Source of the DNA: Eledone cirrhosa
Taxonomy: Eukaryota
Assembly: GCA_964016885.1 (NCBI GenBank)
Contig: OZ024741.1
Coordinates: forward strand, 260,896,001-260,960,000
Direction: 5' to 3'
DNA length: 64,000 nt
Translations under genes and position numbers: made by a program
In this document: one piece after another, positions 24,501 to 39,293 of the stretch
Layout of the letters: each line of letters starts with the position of its first letter
Numbering within the stretch: position 1 is the first letter of the stretch
The notes under the pieces: generated by a model
The model's database searches: none
Seen by the model: the letters and a program-made list of their open reading frames with translations, nothing else
Told to the model about the DNA's origin: nothing

Positions 24501-27500
24501 GTGTTTCGACTTACGAGTGTTTTGACTTACGAGTGTTTTGACTAACGGTGTTTCTGCTTACGAGTGTTTCGACTTACGAGTGTTATGACTTACGGGTGTT
24601 TTGACATACGAGTGTTTCGATACGAGTGTTTCGACTTACGAGTGTTACGAGTGTTCTGACTTACGAGTGTTTCGACTTACGAGTGTTCTGACCTACGAGT
24701 GTTCTGACTTACGAGTGTTTCGACTTACGAGTGTTTTGACTTACGGGTGTTTCGACTTACGAGTGTTTCGAGTTACGAGTGTTTCGAGTTACGAGTGTTT
24801 CGACTTACGAGTGTTTTTACTTACGAATGTTCTGACTTACGGGTGTTTCGGCTTACGAGTGTTTCGACTTACGAGTGTTTTAACTTACGGGTGTTTCTAC
24901 TTACGCGTGTTTCGACTTGCAAGTGTTTCGACTTACGAGTGTTTCGACCTGCAAGTGTTTCGACTTACGAGTGTTTCGACTACGAATGTTCCGACTTACG
25001 AGTGTTTCGACTTACGAGTGTTTCGACTTACGAGTGTTCTGACTTACGGGAGTTCCGACTTACGAGTGTTTCGTCTTACGATTGTTTTGACTTACGATTG
25101 TTTTGGCTTACGAATGTTTCGACTTACGAGTGTTTCGACTTCCGAGTGTTTTGACTTACGAGTGTTCTGACTACGAGTGTTCTGACTTACGGGTGTTCTG
25201 ACTTACGAGTGTTCCGACTTACGAGTGTTTCGGCGTATGAGTGTTTCGACTTACGGGCGTTTCGACTTACGGGTGTTTCGACTTACGAGTGTTTTGACTT
25301 ACGAGTGTTCTGACTTACTAGTGTTCCGACTTACGACTGTTTCGACTTACGAGTGTTTTGACTTACGAGTGTTCCGACTTACGAGTGTTTTGGTTTACGG
25401 GTGTTTCGACGTACGAGTATTTTTGGCTTACGAGTGTTTCGACTTACGAGTGTTTTGAATTACGATTGTTTCGGCTTACGAGTGTTTCGACTTACGAGTA
25501 TTTCGACTTACGAGTTTTTTTACTTACGGTGTTTCGGCTTACGAGTGTTTCGACTTACGAGTGTTTTGACTTACGGGTGTTTTGACATACGAGTGTTTCG
25601 AAACGAGTGCTCTGACTTACGAGTGTTCTGACTTACGAGTGTTCTGACTTACGAGTGTTCTGACTTACGGGTGTTCTGACTTACATGTGTTCCGACTTAC
25701 GAGTGTTTCGGTTATGGGAGTTTCGACTTACGAGTGTTTCGACTTACGAATGTTTTGGCTTACGAGTGTTTCGGCTTACGAATGTTTCGACTTACGAATG
25801 TTTTGGCTTACGAGTGTTTCGGCTTACGGGTGTTTCGACTTACGAGTGTTTCGACTTACGAGTGTTTTGACTTACGGTGTTTCGGCTTACGAGTGTTTCG
25901 ACTCACGAGAGTTTTAACTTACGGGTGTTTCGACTTACGCGTGTTTCGACTTACGAATGTTCCGACTTACGAGTGTTTCGACTTACGAGTGTTTCGGCGT
26001 ACGAGTGTTTCGACTTACGAGTGTTTTGACTTACGTGTGTTTCGGCTTACGAGTGTTTTGACTTACGAGTGTTTTGACTTACGGGTGTTTCGGCTTACGA
26101 GTGTTTCGACTTACGAGTGTTCTGACTTACGAGTGTTCCGACTTACCAGCGTTCCGACTTACGAGTGTTTCGGCTTACGAGTGTTCCGACTTACGAGTGT
26201 TTCGACTTACGAGTGTTTTGACTTACGGTGTTTCGGCTTACGAGTGTTTTGACTTACGAGTGTTTTGACTTACGGGTGTTTTGACATACGAGTGTTTCGA
26301 TACGAGTGTTCTGACTTACGAGTGTTCTGACTTACGAGCGTTCTGACTTACGAGTGTTCTGACTTACGAGTGGTCTGACTTACGGGTGTTCTTACTTACG
26401 AGTGTTCCGACTTACGAGTGTTTCAGCTTATGAGTGTTTCGACTTACGAGTGCTTCGGTTTACGAGTGTTTCGACTTACGAGTGTTTCGACTTACGAGTG
26501 TTTTGACTTACGAGTGTTTTGACTAACGGTGTTTCTGCTTACGAGTGTTTCGACTTACGAGTGGTCTGACTTACATGTGTTCCGACTTACGAGTGTTTCG
26601 GTTATGGGAGTTTCGACTTACGAGTGTTTCGACTTACGAATGTTTTGGCTTACGAGTGTTTCGGCTTACGAATGTTTCGACTTACGAATGTTTTGGCTTA
26701 CGAGTGTTTCGGCTTACGGGTGTTTCGACTTACGAGTGTTTCGACTTACGAGTGTTTTGACTTACGGTGTTTCGGCTTACGATTTATTCGACATACGAGT
26801 GTTTCGACTTACGTGTGTTTCGACTTACGAGTGTTTCGTCTTATGAGTGTTTCGACTTACGAGTGTTCTGACTTACGAGTGTTCTGACTTACGAGTGTTC
26901 CGACTTACGAGTGTTTCCGTTTACGAGTGATTCGACATACGAGTGTTTTGACTTACGGGTGATTCGACTTTCGGGTGTTTCGACTTACGAGTGTTTCGGC
27001 TTACGAGTGCTTCGACTTACTAAAGTTTTTACTTACGAGTGTTTCGGTGTACGAGTGTTTCGACTTAAGGATGTTTCGACTTACGAGTGTTTCGACTTAC
27101 GTGTGTTTCGGCTTACGTGAGTTTCGACTTAAGAGTGTTCTGATTTACGAGTGTTCTGACTTGCGGGTGTTCTGATTTACGAGTATTCCGACTTACGAGT
27201 GTTTCGGCTTATGAGTGTTTCGACTTACGAGTGTTTCGGCTTACGAGTGTTTCGACTTATGGGTGTTTCGACTTACGAGTGTTTTTACTTACGGTGTTTC
27301 GGCTTACGAGTGTTTCGACATACGAGTGTTCAGACTTACGAGTGTTCCGACTTACGAGCGTTCCGACTTACAAATGTTTCGACTTACGAGTGTTAAGACT
27401 TACGGGTGTTTTGACATACGAGTGTTTCGATACGAGTGTTTCGACTTACGAGTGTTTCGAGTGTTCTGACTTATGAGTGTTCTGACTTACGAGTGTTCTG

Positions 27501-30500
27501 ACTTACGAGTGTTCTGACTTACGAGTGTTCTGAATTACGAGCGTTCTGACTTACGAGTGTTCCCACTTACGAGTGTTTCGGCTTACGAGTGTTTCGAATT
27601 ACGAGTGTTCCGACTTACGAGCGTTCCGACTTACGAGTGTTTCGGCTTACAAGTGTTCCGACTTACGAGTGTTTCGACTTACGAGTGTTTTGACTTACGA
27701 TGTTTCTGCTTACGAGTGTTTCGACTTACGAGTGTTAAGACTTACGGGTGTTTTGACATACGAGTGTTTCGATACGAGTGTTTCGACTTACGAGTGTTAC
27801 GAGTGTTCTGACTTACGAGTGTTTCGACTTACGAGTGTTCTGACCTACAAGTGTTCTGACTTACGAGTGTTTCGACTTACAATTGTTTTTTTCACTTACG
27901 GGTGTTTCGACTTACGCGTGTTTCGATTTACGAGTGTTTAGACTTACGAGTATTTCGACTACGAATGTTCCGACTTACGAGTGTTTCGACTTACGAGTGT
28001 TTCGACTTACGGATGTTTCGACTTACGAGTGTTTCGGCTTACGATTGTTTCGACTTGCGAGTGTTTCGGTTTACGAGTGTTTCGACTTACGGGTGTTTTG
28101 ACTTACGATTGTTTGGGCTTACGAATGTTTCGACTTACGAGTGTTTCGACTTACGAGTGTTTTGACTTATGGTGTTTCGGCTTACGAGTGTTTTGACTTA
28201 CGAGTGTTTTGACTTACGGGTGTTTTGACATACGAGTGTTTCGATACGAGTGTTCTGACTTACGAGTGTTCTGACTTACGAGTGGTTTGACTTACGGGTG
28301 TTCTGACTTACGAGTGTTCCGACTTACGAGTGTTTCAGCTTATGAGTGTTTCGACTTACGAGTGCTTCGGATTACGAGTGTTTCGACTTACGAGTGTTTC
28401 GGCTTACGAGTGTTTCGACTTACGAATGTTTTGGCTTACGAGTGTTTCGGCTTACGAGTGTTTCGGCTTATGAGTGTTTCGACTTACGAGTGTTTTGACT
28501 TATGGTGTTTCGGCTTACGAGTGTTTCGACTTACGAATGTTTTTGCTTACGGGTGTTTCGACTTACGAATGTTTTTGCTTACGAGTGTTTCGGTTTACGA
28601 GTGTTCCGACTTACGAGTGTTCCGACTTACGAGTGTTTCGGCTTACGAGTGTTTCCGGCTTACGAGTGTTTCGACTTACGAGTGTTCTGACTTACGAGTG
28701 TTCTGATTTACGGATGTTTCGACACACGAGTGTTTCGAATTACGAGTGTTTCGACTTACGAGTGTTTTGACTTACGGGTGTTTTGACATACGAGTGTTTC
28801 GATACGAGTGTTTCGACTTACGAGTGTTCTGACTTACGAGTGTTCTGACTTACGAGTGTTCTGACTTACGAGTGTTCTTACTTACGAGTGTTCCGACTTA
28901 CGAGTGTTTCGGCTTACGAGTGTTTCGGCTTACGAGTGTTTCGACATACGAATGTTTTGACTTACGAGTGTTGCGACTTACGGGTGTTTCGACTTACGAG
29001 TGTTTTGGCTTACGGTGTTTCGGCTTTCGAGTGTTTCGAGTTACGAGTGTTTTGACTTACGCGTGTTTTGACATACGAGTGTTTCGATACGAGTGTTCTG
29101 ACTTACGAGTGTTCTGATTTACGAGTGTTCTGACTTACGAGTGTTCCGACTTTACGAGTGTTTCGGCTCACGAGTGTTTCGGCTTACGAGTGTTTCGACT
29201 TACGAGTGTTTTGACTTACGGTGTTTCGGCTTACGAGTGATTCGACTTACGAGTGTTTTGACTTACGGGTGTTTTGACTTACGGGTGTTGTGAATTACGA
29301 GTGTTTCGGCTTATGAGTGTTTCGACTTACGAGTGTTTCGGCTTACGAGTGTTTCGACTTATGGGTGTTTCGACTTACGAGTGTTTTTACTTACGGGTGT
29401 TTCGGCTTACGAGTGTTTCGACATACGAGTGTTCAGACTTACGAGTGTTCCGACTTACGAGCGTTCCGACTTACGAGTGTTTCGACTTACGAGTGTTAAG
29501 ACTTACGGGTGTTTTGACATACGAGTGTTTCGATACGAGTGTTTCGAGTTACGAGTGTTACGAGTGTTCTGACTTACGAGTGTTCTGACTTACGAGTGTT
29601 CTGACTTACGAGTGTTCTGACTTACGAGTGTTCCGACTTACGAGTGTTTCGGCTTCGAGTGTTTCGACTTACGAGTGTTCTGACTTACGAGTGTTCCGAC
29701 TTACGAGCGTTCCGACTTACGAGTGTTTCGGCTTACAAGTGTTCCGACTTACGAGTGTTTCGACTTACGAGTGTTTTGACTTACGGTGTTTCTGCTTACG
29801 AGTGTTTCGACTTACGAGTGTTAAGACTTACGGGTGTTTTGACATACGAGTGTTTCGATACGAGTGTTTCAACTTACGAGTGTTACGAGTATTCTGACTT
29901 ACGAGTGTTTCGACTTACGAGTGTTCTGACCTACAAGTGTTCTGACTTACGAGTGTTTCGACTTACGATTGTTTTTTTCACTTACGGGTGTTTCGACTTA
30001 CGCGTGTTTCGATTTACGAGTGTTTAGACTTACGAGTGTTTCGACTACGAATGTTCCGACTTACGAGTGTTTCGAATTACGGGTGTTCCGACTTACGAGT
30101 GTTTCGGCTTACGATTATTTCGAGTTACGAGTGTTTCGGTTTACGAGTGTTTCGACTTACGGGTGTTTTGACTTACGGTGTTTCGGCTTACGAGTGTTTT
30201 GACTTACGAGTGTTTTGACTTACGGGTGTTTTGACATACGAGTGTTTCGATACGAGTGTTCTGACTTACGAGTGTTCTGACTTACGAGTGTTCTGACTTA
30301 CGAGTGGTCTGACTTACGGGTGTTCTGACTTACGAGTGTTCCGACTTACGAGTGTTTCAGCTTATGAGTGTTTCGACTTACGAGTGCTTCGGTTTACGAG
30401 TGTTTCGACTTACGAGTGTTTTGACTTATGGTGTTTCGGCTTACGAGTGTTTCGACATACGAGTGTTTTGACTTACGGGTGTTTCGACTTACGGGTGTTT

Positions 30501-30984
30501 CGACGTAAGAGTGTTTCGACTTACGAGCGCTTCGACATACGAGTGTTTCGACTTACGAGTGTTTCGGCGTACGAGTGTTTTGACTTACGAGTGTTTCGAC
30601 TTACGAGTGCTTTGACTTACGAATGTTTTGAATTACTTCGACTTACGAGTGATCTGACTTTCGAGTGTTCCTACTTACGAGTGTTTCGACATACGAGTGT
30701 TTCGACTTGCGAGTGTTTCGACTTACGAGTGTTTCGACTTACGAGTGTTCTGACTTACGAGTGTTCTGACTTACGAGTGTTCCGACTTACGAGTGTTTTG
30801 ACTTACGAATGTTCTGACTTACGGGTGTTTCGCCTTACGAGTGTTTCGACTTACGAGTATTTTAACTTACGGGTGTTTCGACTTACGCGTGTTTCGACTT
30901 ACGAGTGTTTCGACTTACGAATGTTCCGACTTACGAGTGTTTCTACTTACGAGTGTTTCGGCTTACGAGTGTTTCGACTTACGA

Positions 30985-31053
30985 AAATAACAAATAGACG
31001 CGGTTTCAAATATCTATGCTTTTCAAATTCATTACATTAATCTTTATTTATAC
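30985..31053. repeat. 69-bp insert, copy 8, haplotype A
   Basis: Copy 1 + 23640 bp. Confidence 0.97.
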
Positions 31054-33739
31054 GTTTCGCTTTACGAGTGTTTCGGCGTACGAGTGTTTCGACTTACGAG
31101 TGTTTTAACTTACGGTTGTTTCGACTTACCCGTTTTTCGACTACGAATGTTCCGACTTACGAGTGTTTCGACTTACGAGTGTTTCGACTTACGAGTGCTT
31201 TGACTTACGAATGTTTTGACTTACTTCGACTTACGAGTGATCTGACTTACGAGTGTTCCTACTTACGAGTGTTTCGACTTACGAGTGTTTCGACTTGCGA
31301 GTGTTTCGACTTACGAGTGTTTCGGCTTACGAGTGTTTCGGTGTTTCGGCTTACGTGTGTTTCGACTTACGAGTGTTTCGACTTACGAGTGTTTCGGCTT
31401 ATGAGTGTTTCGACTTACGAGTGCTTCGGCTTACGAGTGTTTCGACTTACGAGTATTTCGGCTTACGAGTGTTTCGACGTACGAATGTTTTGGCATACGA
31501 GTGTTTCGGCTTATGAGTGTTTCGGCTTACGAGTGTTTCGACTTACGAGTGTTTCGGCTTACGAGTGTTTCAGTGTTTCGGCTTACGTGTGTTTCGACTT
31601 ACGAGTGTTTCGACTTACGACTGTTTCGGCTTACGAGTGTTTCGGCTTACGAGTGTTTCGGCTTACGAGTGTTTTGACTTACGAGTGTTTTGACTTACGA
31701 TTGTTTGGCCTACGAGTGTTCTGGCTTACGGGTGGTCTGACTTACGAGTGTTCCGACATACGAGTGTTTCGGCTTATGAGGGTTTCGATTTACGAGTGCT
31801 TCGGCTTACGAGTGTTTCGACTTACGAGTGTTTCGACTTACGAGTGTTTCGACTTACGAGTGTTTCGACTTACGAGTGTTTTGACTTACTGTGTTTCGGC
31901 TTACGAGTGTTTCGACATACGAGTGTTTTGACGTACGGGTGTTTCGACTTACGGGTCTTTCGACTTAAGAGTGTTTCGACTTACGAGCGCTTCGACTTAC
32001 GAGTGTTTTGACTTACGAGTGTTTCGAATTACGAGTGTTTCGACTTACGAGTGTTTTGACTTACGAGTGTTTTGACTTACGGTGATTCTGCTTACGAGTG
32101 TTTCGACTTACGAGTGTTTCGGCGTACGAGAGTTTTGACTTACGAGTGTTTCGACTTACGAGTGTTTCGACTTACGAGTATTTTGACTTACGAATGTTTT
32201 GACTTACGGGTGTTTCGGCTTACGAGTGTTTCGACTTACGAGTCTTTTGGCTAACGAGTGTTTCGACTTACTAATGTTTTTACTTACGAGTGTTTCGGCG
32301 TACGAGTGTTTCGACTTCCGAGTGTTTCGACTTACGGGTGTTTTGACTTACGGGTGTTTCGGCTTACGAGTGTTTTGACTTACGAGTGTTTTGACTTAAG
32401 GGTGTTTCGACTTACGAGTATTTTTGGCTTACGAGTGTTTCGACTTACGAGTGTTTTGACTTACGAGTGTTCTGATTTACGGATGTTTCGACATACGAGT
32501 GTTTCGACTTACGAGTGTTTCGACTTATGAGTGTTTCGACTTACGAGTGTTTCGACTTACGAGTGTTTCGGCTTATGATTGTTTCGACTTATGAGTGTTT
32601 TGACTTACGGTGTTTCAGCTTACGAGTGTTTCGACTTACGAGTGTTTTGACTTACGGGTGTTTTGACATACGAGTGTTTCGATATGAGTGTTCTGACTTA
32701 CGAGTGTTCTGACTTACGAGTGTTTTGACTTACGAGTGTTCTGACTTACGAGTGTTCCGACTTACGAGTGTTCCGACTTACGAGTGTTTCGGCTTACGAG
32801 TGTTTCCCGCTTACGAGTGTTTCGACTTACGAGTGTTTTGACTTACGGTGTTTCGGCTTACGAGTGATTCGACTTACGAATGTTTTGACTTACGGGTGTT
32901 TTGACTTACGGGTGTTGTGAATTACGAGTGTTTCGGCTTATGAGTGTTTCGACTTACTAATGTTTTTACTTACGAGTGTTCTGACTTACGAGTGTTTCGA
33001 ATTACGAGTGTTTCGGCGTACGAGTGTTTTGACTTACGAGTGTTTCGGCTTACGAGTGTTTCGACTTACGAGTGTTTCGGCTTGCGAGTGTTTCGACTTA
33101 CTAATGTTTTTACTTACGAGTTTTTCGGCGTACGAGTGTTTCGACTTACGAGTGTTTCGACTTACGGGTGTTTTGACTTAAGGGTGTTTCGACTTACAAG
33201 TGTTTAGACTTACGAGTGTTTCGACTTACGAGTGTTCTGACTTACGAGTGTTCTGATTTACGGATGTTTCGACATACGAGTGTTTCGACTTACGAGTGTT
33301 TCGACTTATGAGTGTTTTGACTTACGGGTGTTTTGACATACGAGTGTTTCGATACGAGTGTTTCGACTTACGAGTGTTCTGACTTACGAGTGTTCTGACT
33401 TACGAGTGTTCTGACTTACGAGTGTTCTGATTTACGAGTGTTCCGACTTACGAGTGTTTCGGCTTACGAGTGTTTCGGCTTACGAGTGTTTCGACTTACG
33501 AGTGTTTCGACTTACGAGTGTTCCGACTTACGGGTGTTTCGACTTACGAGTGGTTTGGCTTACGGTGTTTCGGCCTACGAGTGTTTCGAGTTACGAGTGT
33601 TTTGACTTACGCGTGTTTTGACATACGAGTGTTTCGATACGAGTGTTCTGACTTACGAGTGTTCTGACTTACGAGTGTTCCGACTTTACGAGTGTTTCGG
33701 CTCACGAGTGTTTCGGCTTACGAGTGTTTCGACTTACGA

Positions 33740-33808
33740 AGATAACAAATAGACGCGGTTTCAAATCTCTATGATTTTCAAATTCATTACATTAATCTTT
33801 ATTTATAC
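33740..33808. repeat. 69-bp insert, copy 9, haplotype B with private A>G (AGATAAC...)
   Basis: Starts AGATAACAAATAGACGCGG, otherwise haplotype B. Confidence 0.96.
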
Positions 33809-35033
33809 GTTTCGCTTTACGAGTGTTTCGACTTACGAGTGTTTCGACATACGAGTGTTTTGACTTCCGAATGTTTTTGCTTACGGGTGTTTCGACTTAC
33901 GAATGTTTCGGCTTACGAGAGTTTCGGCTTACGAGTGTTCCGACTTAGGAGTGTTTCGGCTTACGAGTGTTTCCGGCTTACGAGTGTTTCGACTTACGAG
34001 TGTTTCGACTTTCGAGTGTTTTGACTTACGGTGTTTCGGCTTACGAGTCATTCGACTTACGAGTGTTTTGACTTACGGGTGTTTTGACTTACGGGTGTTG
34101 TGAATTACGAGTGTTCCGATTTACGAGTGTTTTGACTTACGGTGTTTCGGCTTACGAGTGATTCGACTTACGAATGTTTTGACTTACGGGTGTTTCGGCT
34201 TGCGAGTGTTTCGACTTACGAGTGTTTCGGCTTATGAGTGTTTTGACTTACTAATGTTTTTACTTACGAGTGTTCTGACTTACGAGTGTTTCGAATTACG
34301 AGTGTTTCGGCGTACGAGTGTTTTGACATACGAGTGTTTCGGCTTACGAGTGTTTCGACTTACGAGTGTTTCGGCTTGCGAGTGTTTCGACTTACTAATG
34401 TTTTTACTTACGAGTTTTTCGGCGTACGAGTGTTTCGACTTACGAGTGTTTCGACTTACGGGTGTTTTGACTTAAGGGTGTTTCGACTTACAAGTGTTTA
34501 GACTTACGAGTGTTTCGACTTACGAGTGTTCTGACTTACGAGTGTTCTGATTTACGGATGTTTCGACATACGAGTGTTTCGACTTACGAGTGTTTCGACT
34601 TACGAGTGTTTTGACTTACGGGTGTTTTGACATACGAGTGTTTCGATACGAGTGTTTCGACTTACGAGTGTTCTGACTTACGAGTGTTCTGACTTACGAG
34701 TGTTCTGACTTACGAGTGTTCTGATTTACGAGTGTTCCGACTTACGAGTGTTTCGGCTTACGAGTGTTTCGGCTTACGAGTGTTTCGACTTACGAGTGTT
34801 TCGACTTACGAGTGTTCCGACTTACGGGTGTTTCGACTTACGAGTGGTTTGGCTTACGGTGTTTCGGCCTACGAGTGTTTCGAGTTACGAGTGTTTTGAC
34901 TTACGCGTGTTTTGACATACGAGTGTTTCGATACGAGTGTTCTGACTTACGAGTGTTCTGATTTACGAGTGTTCCGACTTTACGAGTGTTTCGGCTCACG
35001 AGTGTTTCGGCTTACGAGTGTTTCGACTTACGA

Positions 35034-35102
35034 AAATAACAAATAGACGCGGTTTCAAATCTCTATGATTTTCAAATTCATTACATTAATCTTTATTTAT
35101 AC
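35034..35102. repeat. 69-bp insert, copy 10, haplotype B
   Basis: 1294 bp after copy 9. Confidence 0.97.
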
Positions 35103-35868
35103 GTTTCGCTTTACGAGTGTTTCGACATACGAGTGTTTCGACTTCCGAATGTTTTTGCTTACGGGTGTTTCGACTTACGAATGTTTCGGCTTACGAGTGT
35201 TTCGGCTTACGAGTGTTCCGACTTAGGAGTGTTTCGGCTTACGAGTGTTTCCGGCTTACGAGTGTTTCGACTTACGAGTGTTTCGACTTTCGAGTGTTTT
35301 GACTTACGGGTGTTTTGACTTACGGGTGTTGTGAATTACCAGTGTTCCGATTTACGAGTGTTTTGACTTACGGTGTTTCGGCTTGCGAGTGTTTCGACTT
35401 ACGAGTGTTTCGGCTTATGAGTGTTTCGACTTACTAATGTTTTTACTTACGAGTGTTTCGGCGTTCGAGTGTTTTGACTTACGAGTGTTTCGACTTACGA
35501 GTGTTTTGACTTACGAATGTTTTGACTTACGGGTGTTTCGGCTTACGGGTGTTTCGACTTACGAGTGTTTCGACTTATGAGTGTTTCGACTTACGAGTGT
35601 TCTGACTTACGAGTGTTCTGACTTACGAGTGTTCCGACTTACGAGTGTTTCGGTTTACGAGTGTTTCGACATACGAGTGTTTTGACTTACAGGTGTTTCG
35701 ACTTACGGGTGTTTCGACTTACGAGTGTTTCGGCTTACGAGTGTTTCGAATTACTAATGTCTTTACTTACGAGTGTTTCGGTGTACGAATGTTTTGACTT
35801 AAGGATGTTTCGACTTACGAGTGTTTCGACTTACGAGTGTTTCGGCTTACGAGTGTTTCGACTTACGA

Positions 35869-35937
35869 AAATAACAAATAGACGCGGTTTCAAATATCTA
35901 TGCTTTTCAAATTCATTACATTAATCTTTATTTATAC
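35869..35937. repeat. 69-bp insert, copy 11, haplotype A
   Basis: 835 bp after copy 10 (851 minus one monomer). Confidence 0.97.
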
Positions 35938-38389
35938 GTTTCGCTTTACGAGTGTTTCGGCGTACGAGTGTTTCGACTTACGAGTGTTTTAACATACGGT
36001 TGTTTCGACTTACCCGTTTTTCGACTACGAATGTTCCGACTTACGAGTGTTTCGACTTACGAGTGTTTCGACTTGCGAGCGTTTCGACTTACGAGTGTTT
36101 CGGCTTACGAGTGTTTCGGTGTTTCGGCTTACGTGTGTTTCGACTTACGAGTGTTTCGACTTACGAGTGTTTCGGCTTATGAGTGTTTCGACTTACGAGT
36201 ATTTCGGCTTACGAGTGTTTCGACGTACGAATGTTTTGGCATACGAGTGTTTCGGCTTATGAGTGTTTCGGCTTACGAGTGTTTCGACTTACGAGTGTTT
36301 CGGCTTACGAGTGTTTCAGTGTTTCGGCTTACGTGTGTTTCGACTTACGAGTGTTTCGACTTACGACTGTTTCGGCTTACGAGTGTTTCGGCTTACGAGT
36401 GTTTTGACTTACGAGTGTTTTGACTTACGATTGTTTGGCCTACGAGTGTTCTGACTTACGGGTGTTCTGACTTACGAGTGTTCCGACTTACGAGTGTTTC
36501 GGCTTATGAGGGTTTCGACTTACGAGTGCTTCGGCTTACGAGTGTTTCGACTTACGAGTGTTTGGAATTACGAGTGTTTCGACTTACGAGTGTTTTGACT
36601 TACGAGTGTTTTGACTTACGGTGTTTCTGCTTACGAGTGTTTCGACTTACGAGTGTTATGACTTACGAGTGTTTTGACATACGAGTGTTTCGATACGAGT
36701 GTTCTGACTTACGAGTGTTCTGACTTACGAGTGTTCTGACTTACGAGTGTTTCGACATACGAGTGTTTTGGCTTACGGGTGTTTCGACTTACGAGTGTTT
36801 TGACTTACGAATGTTTTGACTTACGGGTGTTTCGGCTTACGAGTGTTTCGACTTACGAGCGTTTCGGCTTACGAGTGTTTCGACTTACTAATGTTTTTAC
36901 TTACGAGTGTTTCGGCGTACGAGAGTTTTGACTTACGAGTGTTTCGACTTACGAGTGTTTCGACTTACGAGTATTTTGACTTACGAATGTTTTGACTTAC
37001 GGGTGTTTCGGCTTACGAGTGTTTCGACTTACGAGTCTTTCGGCTTACGAGTGTTTCGACTTACTAATGTTTTTACTTACGAGTGTTTCGGCGTACGAGT
37101 GTTTCGACTTACGAGTGTTTTGACTTACGGGTGTTTTGACTTACGGGTGTTTCGGCTTACGAGTGTTTTGACTTACGAGTGTTTTGACTTAAGGGTGTTT
37201 CGACTTACGAGTATTTTTGGCCTACGAGTGTTTCGACTTACGAGTGTTTTGACCTACGGTGTTTCGGCTTACGAGTGTTTCGACATACGAGTGTTTTGAC
37301 GTACGGGTGTTTCGACTTACGGGTGTTTCGACTTAAGAGTGTTTCGACTTACGAGCGCTTCGACTTACGAGTGTTTCGGCTTACGAGTGTTTCGGCGTAT
37401 GAGTGTTTCGACTTACGAGTCTTTCAGCTTACGAGTGTTTCGACTTACTAATGTTTTTACTTACGAGTGTTTCGGCGTACGAGTGTTTCGACTTACGAGT
37501 GTTTCGACTTACGGGTGTTTTGACTTACGGGTATTTCGGCTTACGAGTGTTTCGACTTACGATTGTTTGGCTTACGAATGTTTCGGCTTACGAGTGTTTC
37601 GACTTACTAATGTTTTTACTTACGAGTGTTCTGACTTACGAGTGTTTCGAATTACGAGTGTTTCGGCGTACGAGTGTTTTGACATACGAGTGTTTCGGCT
37701 TACGAGTGTTTCGACTTACGAGTGTTTCGGCTTGCGAGTGTTTCGACTTACTAATGTTTTTACTTACGAGTTTTTCGGCGTACGAGTGTTTCGACTTACG
37801 AGTGTTTCGACTTACGGGTGTTTTGACTTAAGGGTGTTTCGACTTACAAGTGTTTAGACTTACGAGTGTTTCGACTTACGAGTGTTCTGACTTACGAGTG
37901 TTCTGATTTACGGATGTTTCGACATACGAGTGTTTCGACTTACGAGTGTTTCGACTTACGAGTGTTTTGACTTACGGGTGTTTTGACATACGAGTGTTTC
38001 GATACGAGTGTTTCGACTTACGAGTGTTCTGACTTACGAGTGTTCTGACTTACGAGTGTTCTGACTTACGAGTGTTCTGATTTACGAGTGTTCCGACTTA
38101 CGAGTGTTTCGGCTTACGAGTGTTTCGGCTTACGAGTGTTTCGACTTACGAGTGTTTCGACTTACGAGTGTTCCGACTTACGGGTGTTTCGACTTACGAG
38201 TGGTTTGGCTTACGGTGTTTCGGCCTACGAGTGTTTCGAGTTACGAGTGTTTTGACTTACGCGTGTTTTGACATACGAGTGTTTCGATACGAGTGTTCTG
38301 ACTTACGAGTGTTCTGACTTACGAGTGTTCCGACTTTACGAGTGTTTCGGCTCACGAGTGTTTCGGCTTACGAGTGTTTCGACTTACGA

Positions 38390-38458
38390 AAATAACAAAT
38401 AGACGCGGTTTCAAATCTCTATGATTTTCAAATTCATTACATTAATCTTTATTTATAC
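38390..38458. repeat. 69-bp insert, copy 12, haplotype B
   Basis: Copy 10 + 3356 bp. Confidence 0.97.
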
Positions 38459-39224
38459 GTTTCGCTTTACGAGTGTTTCGACATACGAGTGTTTCGACTT
38501 CCGAATGTTTTTGCTTACGGGTGTTTCGACTTACGAATGTTTCGGCTTACGAGTGTTTCGGCTTACGAGTGTTCCGACTTAGGAGTGTTTCGGCTTACGA
38601 GTGTTTCCGGCTTACGAGTGTTTCGACTTACGAGTGTTTCGACTTTCGAGTGTTTTGACTTACGGGTGTTTTGACTTACGGGTGTTGTGAATTACCAGTG
38701 TTCCGATTTACGAGTGTTTTGACTTACGGTGTTTCGGCTTGCGAGTGTTTCGACTTACGAGTGTTTCGGCTTATGAGTGTTTCGACTTACTAATGTTTTT
38801 ACTTACGAGTGTTTCGGCGTTCGAGTGTTTTGACTTACGAGTGTTTCGACTTACGAGTGTTTTGACTTACGAATGTTTTGACTTACGGGTGTTTCGGCTT
38901 ACGGGTGTTTCGACTTACGAGTGTTTCGACTTATGAGTGTTTCGACTTACGAGTGTTCTGACTTACGAGTGTTCTGACTTACGAGTGTTCCGACTTACGA
39001 GTGTTTCGGTTTACGAGTGTTTCGACATACGAGTGTTTTGACTTACAGGTGTTTCGACTTACGGGTGTTTCGACTTACGAGTGTTTCGGCTTACGAGTGT
39101 TTCGAATTACTAATGTCTTTACTTACGAGTGTTTCGGTGTACGAATGTTTTGACTTAAGGATGTTTCGACTTACGAGTGTTTCGACTTACGAGTGTTTCG
39201 GCTTACGAGTGTTTCGACTTACGA

Positions 39225-39293
39225 AAATAACAAATAGACGCGGTTTCAAATATCTATGCTTTTCAAATTCATTACATTAATCTTTATTTATAC
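39225..39293. repeat. 69-bp insert, copy 13, haplotype A
   Basis: Copy 11 + 3356 bp. Confidence 0.97.

Larger units (their letters stand above)
8941..27264 (+). repeat. Near-identical tandem duplication of a ~9.15-kb block (8941-18086 and 18087-27264)
   Basis: Offset 9146 (9335/18481, 12782/21928), then 9178 after a 32-bp indel near 12975 (13442/22620, 17797/26975). Confidence 0.93.
26575..37560 (+). repeat. ~11-kb copy of about 2965-14090 (offset 23640 falling stepwise to 23465)
   Basis: ORF pairs 3335/26975, 7428/31068, 8875/32515 (23640); 9941/33470 (23529); 12148/35661 (23513); 13874/37339 (23465). Confidence 0.92.
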